A DNA stretch of 64,000 nucleotides. Source: Candidatus Moanibacter sp. (lineage in GTDB: Bacteria; Verrucomicrobiota; Verrucomicrobiia; Opitutales; UBA2987). The stretch spans positions 65,416 through 129,415 of the forward strand of contig CBDCEW010000094.1 in assembly GCA_965215885.1 (NCBI GenBank), written 5' to 3'. This document shows, piece after piece, positions 30,190 through 40,430 of the stretch. The notes below the pieces were generated by a model. That model was not told the DNA's origin and made no database searches. It worked only from the letters and a program-made list of their open reading frames with translations. Numbering within the stretch: the first letter of the stretch is position 1; every line of letters starts with the position of its first letter. Position numbers and translations under genes: made by a program.

Positions 30190-30784
30190 GGGGGAGAGTT
30201 GGCAGTGGTCAGAGGTCGAAGGTCGAATGTCCAAGGTCAGAGGTCAGAGGAAAGCGGTCGGACCATGGCTTGGCGCGCAAGGTAAACCTCGTCGCAAACC
30301 TTGTCGTTCCCTCAAAACTTAATCGTAAGCCTCGTCGTGAGCTTAGTCGGTAGATCGACCGGAAATCGCGACAGAGCTGACGACGAAGTCGCGAACCTTG
30401 TCGTTCGAAAGTCGTAGGCTTGCTCGAATTCGTTCTCGTTTTTTCTGCCCGCTAAATACGCGAAAAGACGCCAAAGCAAGGGAAGTGGAATGGAACAGAG
30501 TTTCTGCCCGTCGTCGGTGCGCTATGCCGAGGCAGGCAAGGTTACGAGGGGAAGTAGGAGTTACTTTCCCAATCCGCGGTGTTCTCGAATCCGCGAGGTC
30601 CTTTTCCCGAATTCGATTGCAACCTATTACGCATATCTTCGATAAAATCAATCCGTTGCCCTGTATGCACCGGTAGTTAATGTGGGCCTGTTCTAAAAGG
30701 ACAAACGCCCCCTGCTGTGAGCGCTTTGGGGGCATATGCAAGGCGGTTGAATTTTAGAGAGAGCGGAACTGAAACGACGAGAAA

Positions 30785-32713
30785 GTGAAAGGCAGGATCG
30801 TCACCTTCACCCTTACTCTTGCGGTGCTTATTGCCTGGCTGACTTTCGGTCGAGGCAAGTCCGAGGACGCATCTGCACTTACCAATCCGCAGCCCATCAC
30901 ACCGGACCTGCGCCGCAAAGAGGCGCCGATGTTGCAGGAATTGGTCGAGGCGGGAGCGCTGCCGCCTCTCTCCGAGCGCCTTCCCCAAAACCCTTTGGTG
31001 CTGGAGCCGGCAGAGCAGCCGGGGCGCTACGGCGGCGTATGGCGACGCTACGCGATGGGGCAGGATTCCAACGCGATGGGGCGCCTGATCTATGAACCCG
31101 CGCTCCGGTGGTCCGGTGACGGACGGACAATCGAGCCGAACTTATGCTGGAAGTACGAGGTCTCAGGAGATGCCCGAATGTTCACCTTCTGGCTGCGAGA
31201 AGGGCTCCGCTGGTCCGACGGACATCCGTTGACCACGGAGGATGTGCGGTTCTGGTGGGAGGATTTCATTCTCAACAGGGACCTCAACCCGGTTGCGCCG
31301 ATGTGGGTCCAGATTGAGGGCGAACTCCCAATATTTGAGGTCTTGGGCCCCTATAAATTTCGATTCCAGTTTCCAAATTCCTATAGTCTCTTTCTGGAAA
31401 GGGCCGCCTGGCTGGGCACGATGTGGAAGCCCAGGCACTATCTCATGCAATACCACGCGAACTACCGGAGTAAGAACGAACTCGAGACGGTAGCGAAGAG
31501 AGCCGGCTTCAACGCCTGGCACCAACTCTTCATGGACAAGGCCCGGTGGCGGAGCAACCATGAGATACCGATGGAAACCGCCTGGGTGATTGTGAACAGT
31601 TGGTCCTCCCATCACCGTATCTTTGAGCGTAATCCTTACTATTGGAAAGTCGACACTCACGACCGGCAATTGCCTTACATTGACCGGGTTACGCACGACA
31701 ACGTCCACGATCGAGCGTCTCTTCTCTTTAATCTGATGAAAGGAGATGTCCCCATGCAGACCCGGCACGTAAGATTCCAGGACCTTCCCCTCTTCGATGA
31801 CGCGGTCAAAGGAGGTCGGGTGAAGATTCTCGAGTGGACGGCCTCCGGCAATTTGGGTCTCTCCATCTTATGCAACCAGACCTACACGGGTAAGGACACT
31901 TTCGCCGGGAAGCTGATTCAAGAGAGGAAATTTCGCTGGGCGCTCTCTTACGCCCTGCCGCGCAAAGAGATCAGCGAATTGTTCTTATTCGGGATGGGAA
32001 CGCCGGGACAGGCGGCGCCGATCGAACAATCGCCCTATCATAAATATGGACGGAAATATGCCGAAACCGCCATCGAGTACGACCTTGAGAAGGCCAACCG
32101 GCTACTTGACGAACTCGGTTTAGTCCGCCGCGATTCGGAGGGATATCGCCTCCGCCCGGATGGAAAGGCGATCGCGCTGACGGTTGATCACGGCGCCTCC
32201 ACGGAAGGCGCGAAGATGGCCGAGTATTTTTCCCAGCGTTGCCTCAAGCCAATCGGGATAAAAGGCATTCTCACACCCACTACCGGTTCTCGCGGATACA
32301 CAGGAAAACCCCTGCTTATCTTGGCAGGAGAGCTCGGCCGGAATATGCAGCTGTTGATCCAACCGAACGAGTACATCCCCTTTCAGCGCTTTTGTGTTTG
32401 GGCCAGCCAGTACGGGTTGTGGTATCAGACAGGGGGCGCCCGGGGTTGGAGGCCGCCGGAAGAGATCCGGCGCATCCTCGAGATCTACGACGAGATAAAG
32501 ACCTGCCCGGTCCAGGAAAAGCGCTATGAACTCATGGGACAAATTATCGATATTCATGCGGAGAATCTCTGGCTTATCAGTTCGCTGAAGGGCATTCCGG
32601 TACCGGTCGTTGTCAGTCCGCGGGCCGGCAACGTACCCGAGAATATCGTCGAGAGCTGGCAATTTTTCTCACCCTCGAACGCGCATCCGGAGCAGTTTTA
32701 CCTGAAGTGGTGA
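30785..32713 (+). CDS. ABC transporter family-5 substrate-binding protein
   Basis: Signal/TM segment; EAPMLQELV...LPPLSERLP, LREGLRWSDGHPLT, RNPYYWKVD. Confidence 0.92.
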   Translation: MKGRIVTFTLTLAVLIAWLTFGRGKSEDASALTNPQPITPDLRRKEAPMLQELVEAGALPPLSERLPQNPLVLEPAEQPGRYGGVWRRYAMGQDSNAMGRLIYEPALRWSGDGRTIEPNLCWKYEVSGDARMFTFWLREGLRWSDGHPLTTEDVRFWWEDFILNRDLNPVAPMWVQIEGELPIFEVLGPYKFRFQFPNSYSLFLERAAWLGTMWKPRHYLMQYHANYRSKNELETVAKRAGFNAWHQLFMDKARWRSNHEIPMETAWVIVNSWSSHHRIFERNPYYWKVDTHDRQLPYIDRVTHDNVHDRASLLFNLMKGDVPMQTRHVRFQDLPLFDDAVKGGRVKILEWTASGNLGLSILCNQTYTGKDTFAGKLIQERKFRWALSYALPRKEISELFLFGMGTPGQAAPIEQSPYHKYGRKYAETAIEYDLEKANRLLDELGLVRRDSEGYRLRPDGKAIALTVDHGASTEGAKMAEYFSQRCLKPIGIKGILTPTTGSRGYTGKPLLILAGELGRNMQLLIQPNEYIPFQRFCVWASQYGLWYQTGGARGWRPPEEIRRILEIYDEIKTCPVQEKRYELMGQIIDIHAENLWLISSLKGIPVPVVVSPRAGNVPENIVESWQFFSPSNAHPEQFYLKW

Positions 32714-32772
32714 GCCCAACTTTCTGCGAAAGTTGGGCTAGAAAGCTCGCGACAAAGGGGCTCACGCAGGAG

Positions 32773-34068
32773 TCAGGGCAGAAACTCATTCAGTTCATCC
32801 CGGTGCGATCGGATTTTTTCGACCGCACGCACAACCTTGTCCATGTCCTCACGACTACCGTCCAGCATAAACGACCCGGAAAGCCAGATGGTTTCGTTTT
32901 CGCACACCTTGTCCACCCAGGGGCAGAGCATGGTCGCGTAGTCGATCGACCTATCGGTCAGAAGGCGGTTGTAGGGCCAGATATTCCGGCCTTTGACGTC
33001 CGTGAACAACGGATCCCTGTGGCATCCTCGAGAATATCCCGTGAATGCGGGTATGCCCTCCGCGCTAAGAGCCTTAACGAATAGTTCACGTTCGAGGCCT
33101 CCCCAGGCTTCTTCCCGGTACTCGAAAATGAAAATGTGGTAGGAATTTCGCGTAACCCTGGGATCGTCTTTCAAAGGTTCCACACCAGGGGCCTCGGAAA
33201 GAAGCCGGTTCAGATAGCTCCCGTTGTCAAAACGCTTTTGAGTTTCGGGCTCCAAGTTCTTGAGCCGGGAACTCAGGAGGGCGGCCAGAATCTCGGCGAG
33301 CCGATAATTCGGCGCCGCCTGGGGGAAGTTCCAGCCGCTTCCGGAATAAAAGCTGCCTCCGCCCCATTCGCCCGAACGCTGCACGAGGCCGCCGGTCCAT
33401 AGATCATGCAACTCGGCCGCCCGCCAATAGAGTTCCTCTTTGTTTGTCAGAAGAATCCCGCCTTCACCGGCGGTCAGGTTCTTTCCGCTGCCGAGACTGA
33501 ACGCGCCGACATCCGCGATCGTGCCGAGACCAGTTCCCTTCCATGTGGCCCCGTGAGCATGGGAAGCGTCTTCGATCACTTTAAGATTGTGCCTCCGGGC
33601 GATTTCAGTGATGGCATCCATGTCGCAGGAACGACCGCCGAAATGGACCGGCATGAGGGCAAAGGTGCGGTCGGTTATTGCCTCTTCGATCCGTTCCGGG
33701 TCGATGTTATAGGTTCCGGGATCGATGTCGACAAACACCGGAACGCCACGGGTGACAAGCACCGACGTCGCGCTCGCCATGAACGTGTAGGGAGACATGA
33801 TCACTTCGTCGCCCGGTTTGATTCCGAGCGCTAGGAGGCCGAGTTCGAGGGCGGAGGTTCCACTGTTGACGGCGACAGCGTATGCAGCGCCCTGAAAGGT
33901 CGCGAATTCCTTCTCAAAGGTATGGGCGTATTGGCCGCTGATGCGGCACCAGGTGGGCGAGCGCAGGGCTTCGGTGACCGCCTCTATGTCGGAGGCGTCA
34001 GCCCTCGGCCAGTTTAGATTCGATGCTTCGCGTAGGGGTGTTCCGCCTGCAATTGCGAGTTTTTTCAT
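32773..34068 (-). CDS. DegT/DnrJ/EryC1/StrS PLP aminotransferase (AHBA-synthase-like)
   Basis: NSGTSAL, EDASHAHG, FSLGSGKNLTAGEGG and NYRL motifs. Confidence 0.93.
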   Translation of the reverse strand: MKKLAIAGGTPLREASNLNWPRADASDIEAVTEALRSPTWCRISGQYAHTFEKEFATFQGAAYAVAVNSGTSALELGLLALGIKPGDEVIMSPYTFMASATSVLVTRGVPVFVDIDPGTYNIDPERIEEAITDRTFALMPVHFGGRSCDMDAITEIARRHNLKVIEDASHAHGATWKGTGLGTIADVGAFSLGSGKNLTAGEGGILLTNKEELYWRAAELHDLWTGGLVQRSGEWGGGSFYSGSGWNFPQAAPNYRLAEILAALLSSRLKNLEPETQKRFDNGSYLNRLLSEAPGVEPLKDDPRVTRNSYHIFIFEYREEAWGGLERELFVKALSAEGIPAFTGYSRGCHRDPLFTDVKGRNIWPYNRLLTDRSIDYATMLCPWVDKVCENETIWLSGSFMLDGSREDMDKVVRAVEKIRSHRDELNEFLP

Positions 34069-34162
34069 TTGCAGAATCTCCGTGGATTATCGGGTTGATG
34101 GTCCGAAAAGGATATTTCTGAAACTATCCCGGCAGGCCGGGACGAATCTACGCGAAATGAAA

Positions 34163-34323
34163 AATCCCCGTCCCGGCTTGCCGCGGACGGGGTATCTAAC
34201 TCTTTCACCAATAAGTGCGTAAATGCCTTTGCTCATTACCTACTTGAAACAAACGTCCCCGGAGGGGCCGTTCCACCACTAACTACTTTGCTACGAGTGG
34301 ATCGGGCGCTCCGCGCACGATGA
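34163..34323. repeat. Composite three-palindrome repeat, left copy
   Basis: Inverted homologue at 36152-36312; partial copies at ~7815-7890 and 25863-25893. Confidence 0.85.
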
Positions 34324-34521
34324 CAATTGAGTCAAGTCAGTGATCCCCTCCCGGCGAGCCGGGACGAGGAAATATCAAGTTAAAATGAAGAGGGATGTTT
34401 TATTCAAGAATGAGACAAAGTCCAGAATCGATCTGGACAGAAGAGAAAAGGTTGGGTATTCTCAGTTTTTAAGATTCGTCGGGTTAATTAGAGCCATCGG
34501 AACGTCCTCGAAAGAAATGCC

Positions 34522-36123
34522 ATGACAGACACTATCCCATTCTGGGCAAAGGAACAACTCAAGCTCCGCGGCGTTTACAATGCCTGGGTCACGGAAGAAA
34601 TCGAAAGGTATGAATCCCTCGGTTTTCACGAACTCTTCAAAGACCGAAAAGGGCACGCCCTGGACGAATGCGGCGGTTACACCCGCAACTTCGTGGCCAC
34701 TTACTGCTTGACCGGAGACGAACGCATCGTGGCCTTTATGAAACAGTTTCGAGACGACTGGCACGACACCCTCACTAAAGGCGGGCACTTCTACCACGGC
34801 TTTCCTTCCAACGAGCACGGCGACTACATTACCCACACCGCCGAGGCCTTCACTCAGTTCCTTCTCAACGTCCTCTACCTGGACATGGAAGACGAAACCA
34901 CGGTTCGCATGGTGGAAGACGGCGCCGAACACCTCGGCAACTGGCACCCCGACGTCCAGCCCTTCTATGACTGGGATCGGCATGTCTTCCAAAGCTACTT
35001 CCTCGGCACCCGGTCGCCCTTTCACCGACCGCCTCACAATTTTCAAACCCCGCGCCACTTTCGCGTCCTCCAGATCGCCGTGGCCGCCTACGAGGCGACA
35101 CATAATCCGCGTTATCTGGACCTCTGCAAAGACTACTGCGACTTCTGGGCCGATCATATCCTCGCTACTCCGGACGCCGCCGAAGCGCCAACCGCCTGCT
35201 ACCTCATAAGCCCCGATGAGTACCGCGAATTTGCTAAGGATGATGAAATTCGGGGGAGTCGACAGTTCGGTTACTACCGCAATTACAACGAAAACGTCAC
35301 AGCCGTCTCCACGAAAAATGGAAAGCCCTGTATTCCTTACGGCCCGGTTAAGAGTCTCCGGCCTCCCTACCACATCCTGAACGATCCGGTTATGACCTGG
35401 CTGGAAATCTACAAACACGTGCCCGAAGACCGCTATCGGGAAGCCATCAGTCGTTATATGGCCGGCTGGGTTGATCTGGGCGACGACCGGCCCAGCCAGG
35501 TTGCCGGCCAGGAACCTCACTGCGGGGTACACCTGCCCAAATACCGCGACTTCACCGGTGACAAGACCCTGGACGAACGCTATATCGAACAGTGGCCCGA
35601 CGGCGCGTGTGCCTACCTCCTCACGGGCGACGAAGAACGCATCCTCGGTGGCGCCTCCGGAGCGGCCGCTCTTTTCACTCAGGCCCTGTGGCGCAACAGC
35701 GGCTGCTTCGGGGACAAGTTCGCCACCATCCACGCCTGCAACACCATCTCAAACGCCGGCACTTCCTCGGCCTACATCGCCCCTGCTCTCTTCATGCCTG
35801 TCTTCGGCGGCCTCCACGTCCACTACGGCCGTGCCCCCTGGATCAATGTACTTTACTACACAAATGGCAGACCCGGCCTACCCGAAAACGTAGCCGCCCT
35901 CTATGTGCCGCCTGAAAACGGGAACAAACCGGGCGCTAAATTCGTCAACACAGACAATCGATCTCACACGGTGTTCGTTCGACCCGTTGACCCGGCCAGT
36001 CCGGAAAATCTGGCGTTGACCGAAACCCAACCGGAAGGCCTCCAGGAAATCACGCTCGAGCCGAATCGCGGGGTAGAGATCGCCTTTGAAGATAGACTTG
36101 CCTCTGTATCCCTTGCGCAATAG
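34522..36123 (+). CDS. Hypothetical protein (533 aa), possibly an alpha/alpha-toroid glycan-active enzyme
   Basis: Long ORF with strong GC3 codon bias; AAYEATHNPRYLDL toroid-like motif; function not assignable. Confidence 0.7.
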   Translation: MTDTIPFWAKEQLKLRGVYNAWVTEEIERYESLGFHELFKDRKGHALDECGGYTRNFVATYCLTGDERIVAFMKQFRDDWHDTLTKGGHFYHGFPSNEHGDYITHTAEAFTQFLLNVLYLDMEDETTVRMVEDGAEHLGNWHPDVQPFYDWDRHVFQSYFLGTRSPFHRPPHNFQTPRHFRVLQIAVAAYEATHNPRYLDLCKDYCDFWADHILATPDAAEAPTACYLISPDEYREFAKDDEIRGSRQFGYYRNYNENVTAVSTKNGKPCIPYGPVKSLRPPYHILNDPVMTWLEIYKHVPEDRYREAISRYMAGWVDLGDDRPSQVAGQEPHCGVHLPKYRDFTGDKTLDERYIEQWPDGACAYLLTGDEERILGGASGAAALFTQALWRNSGCFGDKFATIHACNTISNAGTSSAYIAPALFMPVFGGLHVHYGRAPWINVLYYTNGRPGLPENVAALYVPPENGNKPGAKFVNTDNRSHTVFVRPVDPASPENLALTETQPEGLQEITLEPNRGVEIAFEDRLASVSLAQ

Positions 36124-36151
36124 GTCCGGATTTACCCAATCGTCTCAAGCA

Positions 36152-36312
36152 TCATCGTGCGCGGAGCGCCCGATCCACCCGTAGCAAGGATGCTAGAGGT
36201 GGAACGGCCCCTCCGGGGACGTTTGTATCAACCTCGAGTAAAGCATAGGCAATATCTGTCGAAATGGCGAGGGAGTTAGATACACCGTCCGCGGCAAGCC
36301 GGGACGAGGATT
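36152..36312. repeat. Composite three-palindrome repeat, right inverted copy
   Basis: Reverse complement aligns with 34163-34323. Confidence 0.85.
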
Positions 36313-36354
36313 ACCCAATTGTCTTCTGACGATATCTGGAAGGAGATTACTGCC

Positions 36355-37371
36355 GTGGATGTTATCTTGTCGTTTGACACCGAAGATTACGTTACTCCTG
36401 AAGCAGCGGATGCGCAGAAATGGTGGGCTGAGGAACTGACGAAGCGGGGACTGCGGGGATCCTTTCAGTGTGTTGGAGAAGCCATTCGAGGCCTGATTGC
36501 TCGGGAGCGACGCGATGTCATTGAGGCTCTGAGCGCACACGAAATCGGTTACCATTCGAATTATCATTCAGCGTTTCCGACTCACCCGGTGGCGCTTGAA
36601 AAGAAGGGCTTGTCCGAAAGTATAGAATGGGTGCTACGGCATGAAGCTGCTGGCTTTTCTTCACTCGTGAAGACATTCGGAAAAGTGCCCGTGACCTATT
36701 GCGCTCCGGGTGATTCGTGGACACCGGCAACCCTTCTTGCCATGGGGCTCCTGGGAATAAAGGTAGCGGCCGGGTTCCCTGTTTTCGAAGGTTGGTATTG
36801 TGGAATGCTGACGAAGATGTATGACCTGTGTATCGACCGCTATTTCAGAGGGCAGGGAGGAAGCGACAGAGAGCTTTTTATGAGAGATGTCGAAGCTCTC
36901 GAAAAGACGAAGGGAGAAGACACTGCCGTCGTGATATTTTCGCACCCCACGAGACTGGTCACATCGGAATTCTGGGACCGTCCATTCTTTAAAGGAGCCG
37001 ATATCCCGATCCGGGACCTGCCGGCGGCGCCCCTGCGGTCAGAAGAAGACATTCAAGAGAATAAGGACCGGGTATGTTATTGGCTTGACCGGCTCGCCTC
37101 AAAGCCCGGAGTGCGTTTTATCGACCATGCAACCTACTATGCCGAACGCTGCTCGAAAGGGCGCGACCTCAACAGGCTTCTTGCTGAATGCGGGCTGAGC
37201 CCCGTTCAAGTGGGAGAATTGCCTCTACGTGAATTAGAGCCTGAAACAAGCGGAGTCGGGAGTGCGATGAGTCGTTTCCGCTATTCATGGCAGATATTTC
37301 CAGATGATTTTACCGGGGAAACCTTCATCGAACAGGGATGTCGCCTTCTGTGGACTTACCAATCGAGCTGA
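36355..37371 (+). CDS. Polysaccharide deacetylase-like (NodB fold) protein
   Basis: VILSFDTED and HEIGYHSNYHS metal-binding motifs; AGGAG RBS. Confidence 0.7.
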   Translation: MDVILSFDTEDYVTPEAADAQKWWAEELTKRGLRGSFQCVGEAIRGLIARERRDVIEALSAHEIGYHSNYHSAFPTHPVALEKKGLSESIEWVLRHEAAGFSSLVKTFGKVPVTYCAPGDSWTPATLLAMGLLGIKVAAGFPVFEGWYCGMLTKMYDLCIDRYFRGQGGSDRELFMRDVEALEKTKGEDTAVVIFSHPTRLVTSEFWDRPFFKGADIPIRDLPAAPLRSEEDIQENKDRVCYWLDRLASKPGVRFIDHATYYAERCSKGRDLNRLLAECGLSPVQVGELPLRELEPETSGVGSAMSRFRYSWQIFPDDFTGETFIEQGCRLLWTYQSS

Positions 37372-37386
37372 CCGGGAGGCTCCTTT

Positions 37387-38232
37387 ATGTCAACAGGCAC
37401 TAGACTAACGCCGGAAGAAATTCGTTTTTTTAAACGCGAGGGATACCTTGTAAAGCGCGGAGTGATGGACCCGGACCTCGTAGCTCAGGCTCGGGAATTT
37501 CTTTGGGAGGGTGCCCCGCCTCGCATGCGCAAAGATGATCCCAACACCTGGATGGGCCCCTTTCGACCTGACGAGGAGAATGAGGATCCGGAAAACCAGC
37601 GCCGCGGCTTCACCTGGAAATACCGTGAACCCGCACACAAAGCGTTGTTAAACGATATGCTGGCCACAGATCCGACGATTTGGGGCTGGGCGGAGCAGCT
37701 CCTCGGTAAAGGGAAAGTTTCTCGTCCTCCTCGTGTTCGCGGTATATACTGCAAGTTGCCGATGGGCGCCCACCCGGAGGAGCCGACCAAATTTCACGTT
37801 GACGTTATCATCCCCTTGACGCCTCGTCTCGGTCTGGTTGGCGTAATTTCGCATATTCCGCCCCGTGGTGGAGCCTTTACGGTGTGGCCCAAAAGCCATC
37901 GATCCTTTTATAAGGCCCTGGCAAAACCAGAGGTTACCCAGGAGGTCGCGGATTCACCCAGCCGACGGGAACGGGTTGAAGGGTATAAAGATGCTGTCGC
38001 TCACTTCACTCAACAACCCTACGTCGAGTGCTGTGGGGAGGCTGGAAACATTTTTTTCTGGCACCACCTCCTGGCACACACTTCTGGACACAATCGATCC
38101 GAGCAACTCCAGCTTCGCCAGGCCGTCCTCTGCGACTACGTCAAAGAAACGGACGAGAGGACGGCGGGGGAACTACCGCATGAGGATATTTGGCACGATT
38201 GGTCTGAGGAAGTTCGTGCGGTATTTGTTTGA
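37387..38232 (+). CDS. PhyH-like dioxygenase, family P copy 4
   Basis: FFKREGYL, FHVD and WHHLLAHTSG motifs; GGAGG RBS. Confidence 0.8.
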   Translation: MSTGTRLTPEEIRFFKREGYLVKRGVMDPDLVAQAREFLWEGAPPRMRKDDPNTWMGPFRPDEENEDPENQRRGFTWKYREPAHKALLNDMLATDPTIWGWAEQLLGKGKVSRPPRVRGIYCKLPMGAHPEEPTKFHVDVIIPLTPRLGLVGVISHIPPRGGAFTVWPKSHRSFYKALAKPEVTQEVADSPSRRERVEGYKDAVAHFTQQPYVECCGEAGNIFFWHHLLAHTSGHNRSEQLQLRQAVLCDYVKETDERTAGELPHEDIWHDWSEEVRAVFV

Positions 38233-38675
38233 TGAGAGAGACGTGGGGACGCTGGGACGCAACCGAACCTTTGTCGTAAGCCTCGTCGTGAGCTTTGTCG
38301 TGATCATAATCGTGATCGAAAGTCGAGAAACAGAAATTCGTCGTCATAATCGTAGTCGAAAATCGAGAGAAGAGAAGATCGACCGGAGAGCACGATTAAG
38401 AGTCACGATGGGAGAGTGGGAGAGGGATGAGATCCCAACAGACATGTCAGCTGGAGGACTAAGTGGAAAGACTAAGTGTTGCCGACAAAGCGCAGGGACT
38501 AAGTGTCCTGAACACTGAAACCTGACACCCGAAACCTATGAATTGGTGTCAACTTTTCATCAGGTCTCGACAGTAGCGAGAATCCGGGCTTTCTTTCATC
38601 GCTACTTGTTGCTGTCGGCGGGCCAAGTCCAGAAAGGGATTCCTTACCAGCCTCTGATTTCTGGCCTGCTCGAGA

Positions 38676-39056
38676 TCAGGCAAACGTACCCACGCGAACT
38701 TCATGAATCATTCGCCATAATCGGTCGTTTTCACCACGCTCGATAACTTGAAGAGGTGTGGATCCCTCAAATGCTTCGTTCGGTGTTTTCAGCCATTCCC
38801 CCACATAGTTTGTTTCCATCAAATCAGCGAAGGCATCGAATAGACGCACCAACTCTTTCAATTGTTTCTGTGCGGCTGCACTGGGTTTGTCCCCAGCTGC
38901 CCATTTATCCACAGACCGCAACGAATAACCTGTCAAACGGGTCAAATCAGGCCGCACGACCTTGTAACGTCTGCAAAAGCGTTTTACGTCGAACGTTGTG
39001 GATACAGGCTTTCTAAGCGCTGCCCCAGTAACTGCATTCTTTACTCTGGCTGCCAT
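38676..39056 (-). CDS. Xre/MbcA/ParS-type antitoxin
   Basis: HTH (LTRLTGYSLRSVDKW) plus WLKTPNEAFEGSTPLQVI C-terminal domain. Confidence 0.85.
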   Translation of the reverse strand: MAARVKNAVTGAALRKPVSTTFDVKRFCRRYKVVRPDLTRLTGYSLRSVDKWAAGDKPSAAAQKQLKELVRLFDAFADLMETNYVGEWLKTPNEAFEGSTPLQVIERGENDRLWRMIHEVRVGTFA

Positions 39057-39103
39057 TTCTGGATTTGGATTTTTGCTTTCGTAATAAGATGCATATGTGC
39101 ATG

Positions 39104-39706
39104 TTATTTTGCAAGCCATTTTTCGAGATCTTTTTGTCCGGATATTTCCACAGAACTATCTGGAGCAACGTTCTCCGGGAACCAGATACGGTTTCGGCCC
39201 CGACCATCTACGGCAGAAGGCGCGGCTAAACATTCGCAGCCAATTTCGAACAAGGCCCTGCCACAGGCTTGGGAGAGCGTCTCGTATCCTAGATGGTTTA
39301 CTTTCTTCCAGTCTTCCTTCAGTAAATCATCAATCTCAAGCCAGGAAACTGCCGCTACCAAGTCAGTCAAAGAAATGAGCTTCGAGAAGGATGCGAGGAT
39401 CTCCACCGTAACGCGTGGATTCTGTCTAGGGTTTTTGATTCCGTAGTATGTAAGACCACGACGTGCCTCCTTTAAAGCAATCATTTCAGTAGAGGAACCA
39501 TATACTACTCGTTGAATCCCTGGCCTCATCCACCGACTGCCATATCGAAGCGATCCCTCTCCGGATATCAAATACTCGGTTCGCGCCCATTTGAGTTCGA
39601 CACACCGATACAAGCGACCTTTCCAAGGCCGACATAGATTGCCAACCAGTGCTCCTAAATCAATTCGTAGCTGCCTGAAACCTGGATGTTCAGCGATTGG
39701 CGTCAT
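39104..39706 (-). CDS. RES-domain toxin (NAD+ phosphorylase family)
   Basis: LYR...GSRW...VYGS...ALKE...SQACG...APSA R-E-S motifs. Confidence 0.85.
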   Translation of the reverse strand: MTPIAEHPGFRQLRIDLGALVGNLCRPWKGRLYRCVELKWARTEYLISGEGSLRYGSRWMRPGIQRVVYGSSTEMIALKEARRGLTYYGIKNPRQNPRVTVEILASFSKLISLTDLVAAVSWLEIDDLLKEDWKKVNHLGYETLSQACGRALFEIGCECLAAPSAVDGRGRNRIWFPENVAPDSSVEISGQKDLEKWLAK

Positions 39707-40430
39707 TCATTATCGGAGATTTTCCCTAAGCAGGGTGTTGTAAACAACATCATCATTTTGAGCTACCTTGTCCATATCATCTTCTTGTGCGAAAACCTCA
39801 AACACCGCTAGGGCTTGGTGCGGGGTCGGGTGGGCGAATTGACTCAAAGGTCCTGGTCCACCGCCGGGCTGGCAACGTCCCTCGCAAAGCCGTGGCCGAC
39901 TGGGTTTTCAAGTCTCCCGGAAATGCTCATACGGAACAGTTTTATTGTAAACGGTGATATTTATCTAAAAGTCGCGACACCAGAGTGGATGACCTATCGA
40001 TCTTCCCGTCGTGATCATAATCCTAATCTAAATTCGAAAGAAGAGAAGATCGACATAAGATCACGATTGTGAAACACGATGGGAGTAGGGAGTGTGTTCG
40101 ATCTTCCTGTCGTGTATCATAATCGTGATCTAAAGTCGAGGGAAGAGAAATCGGGAGTTCCGAAAATACACGGACATCCTCCAGAGGTGTAGGAGCGGGT
40201 TTATCCCGCGATGGGTCAAGGCAGTTCGGATCGAGGCGTAAAGCCTCTCCTACAGCCTTCGGGATCTTAATCGTGATCTAATTTCGACAGAAGGGAACAT
40301 CGACATAGTCTCTGGAACACCATACAAACTTCTAATTCTAGCTATACATCGAAATGGACACACTCCTAACATTGTTGATTGTTAGCGCTGCGGTAGCGCT
40401 GGTCGGTTTGGCTGAGGGGCGCCTCGCGCC

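Noticed and set aside
34462..35733. 423-aa antisense ORF
   Set aside because: Shadow of the GC3-biased 34522..36123 gene
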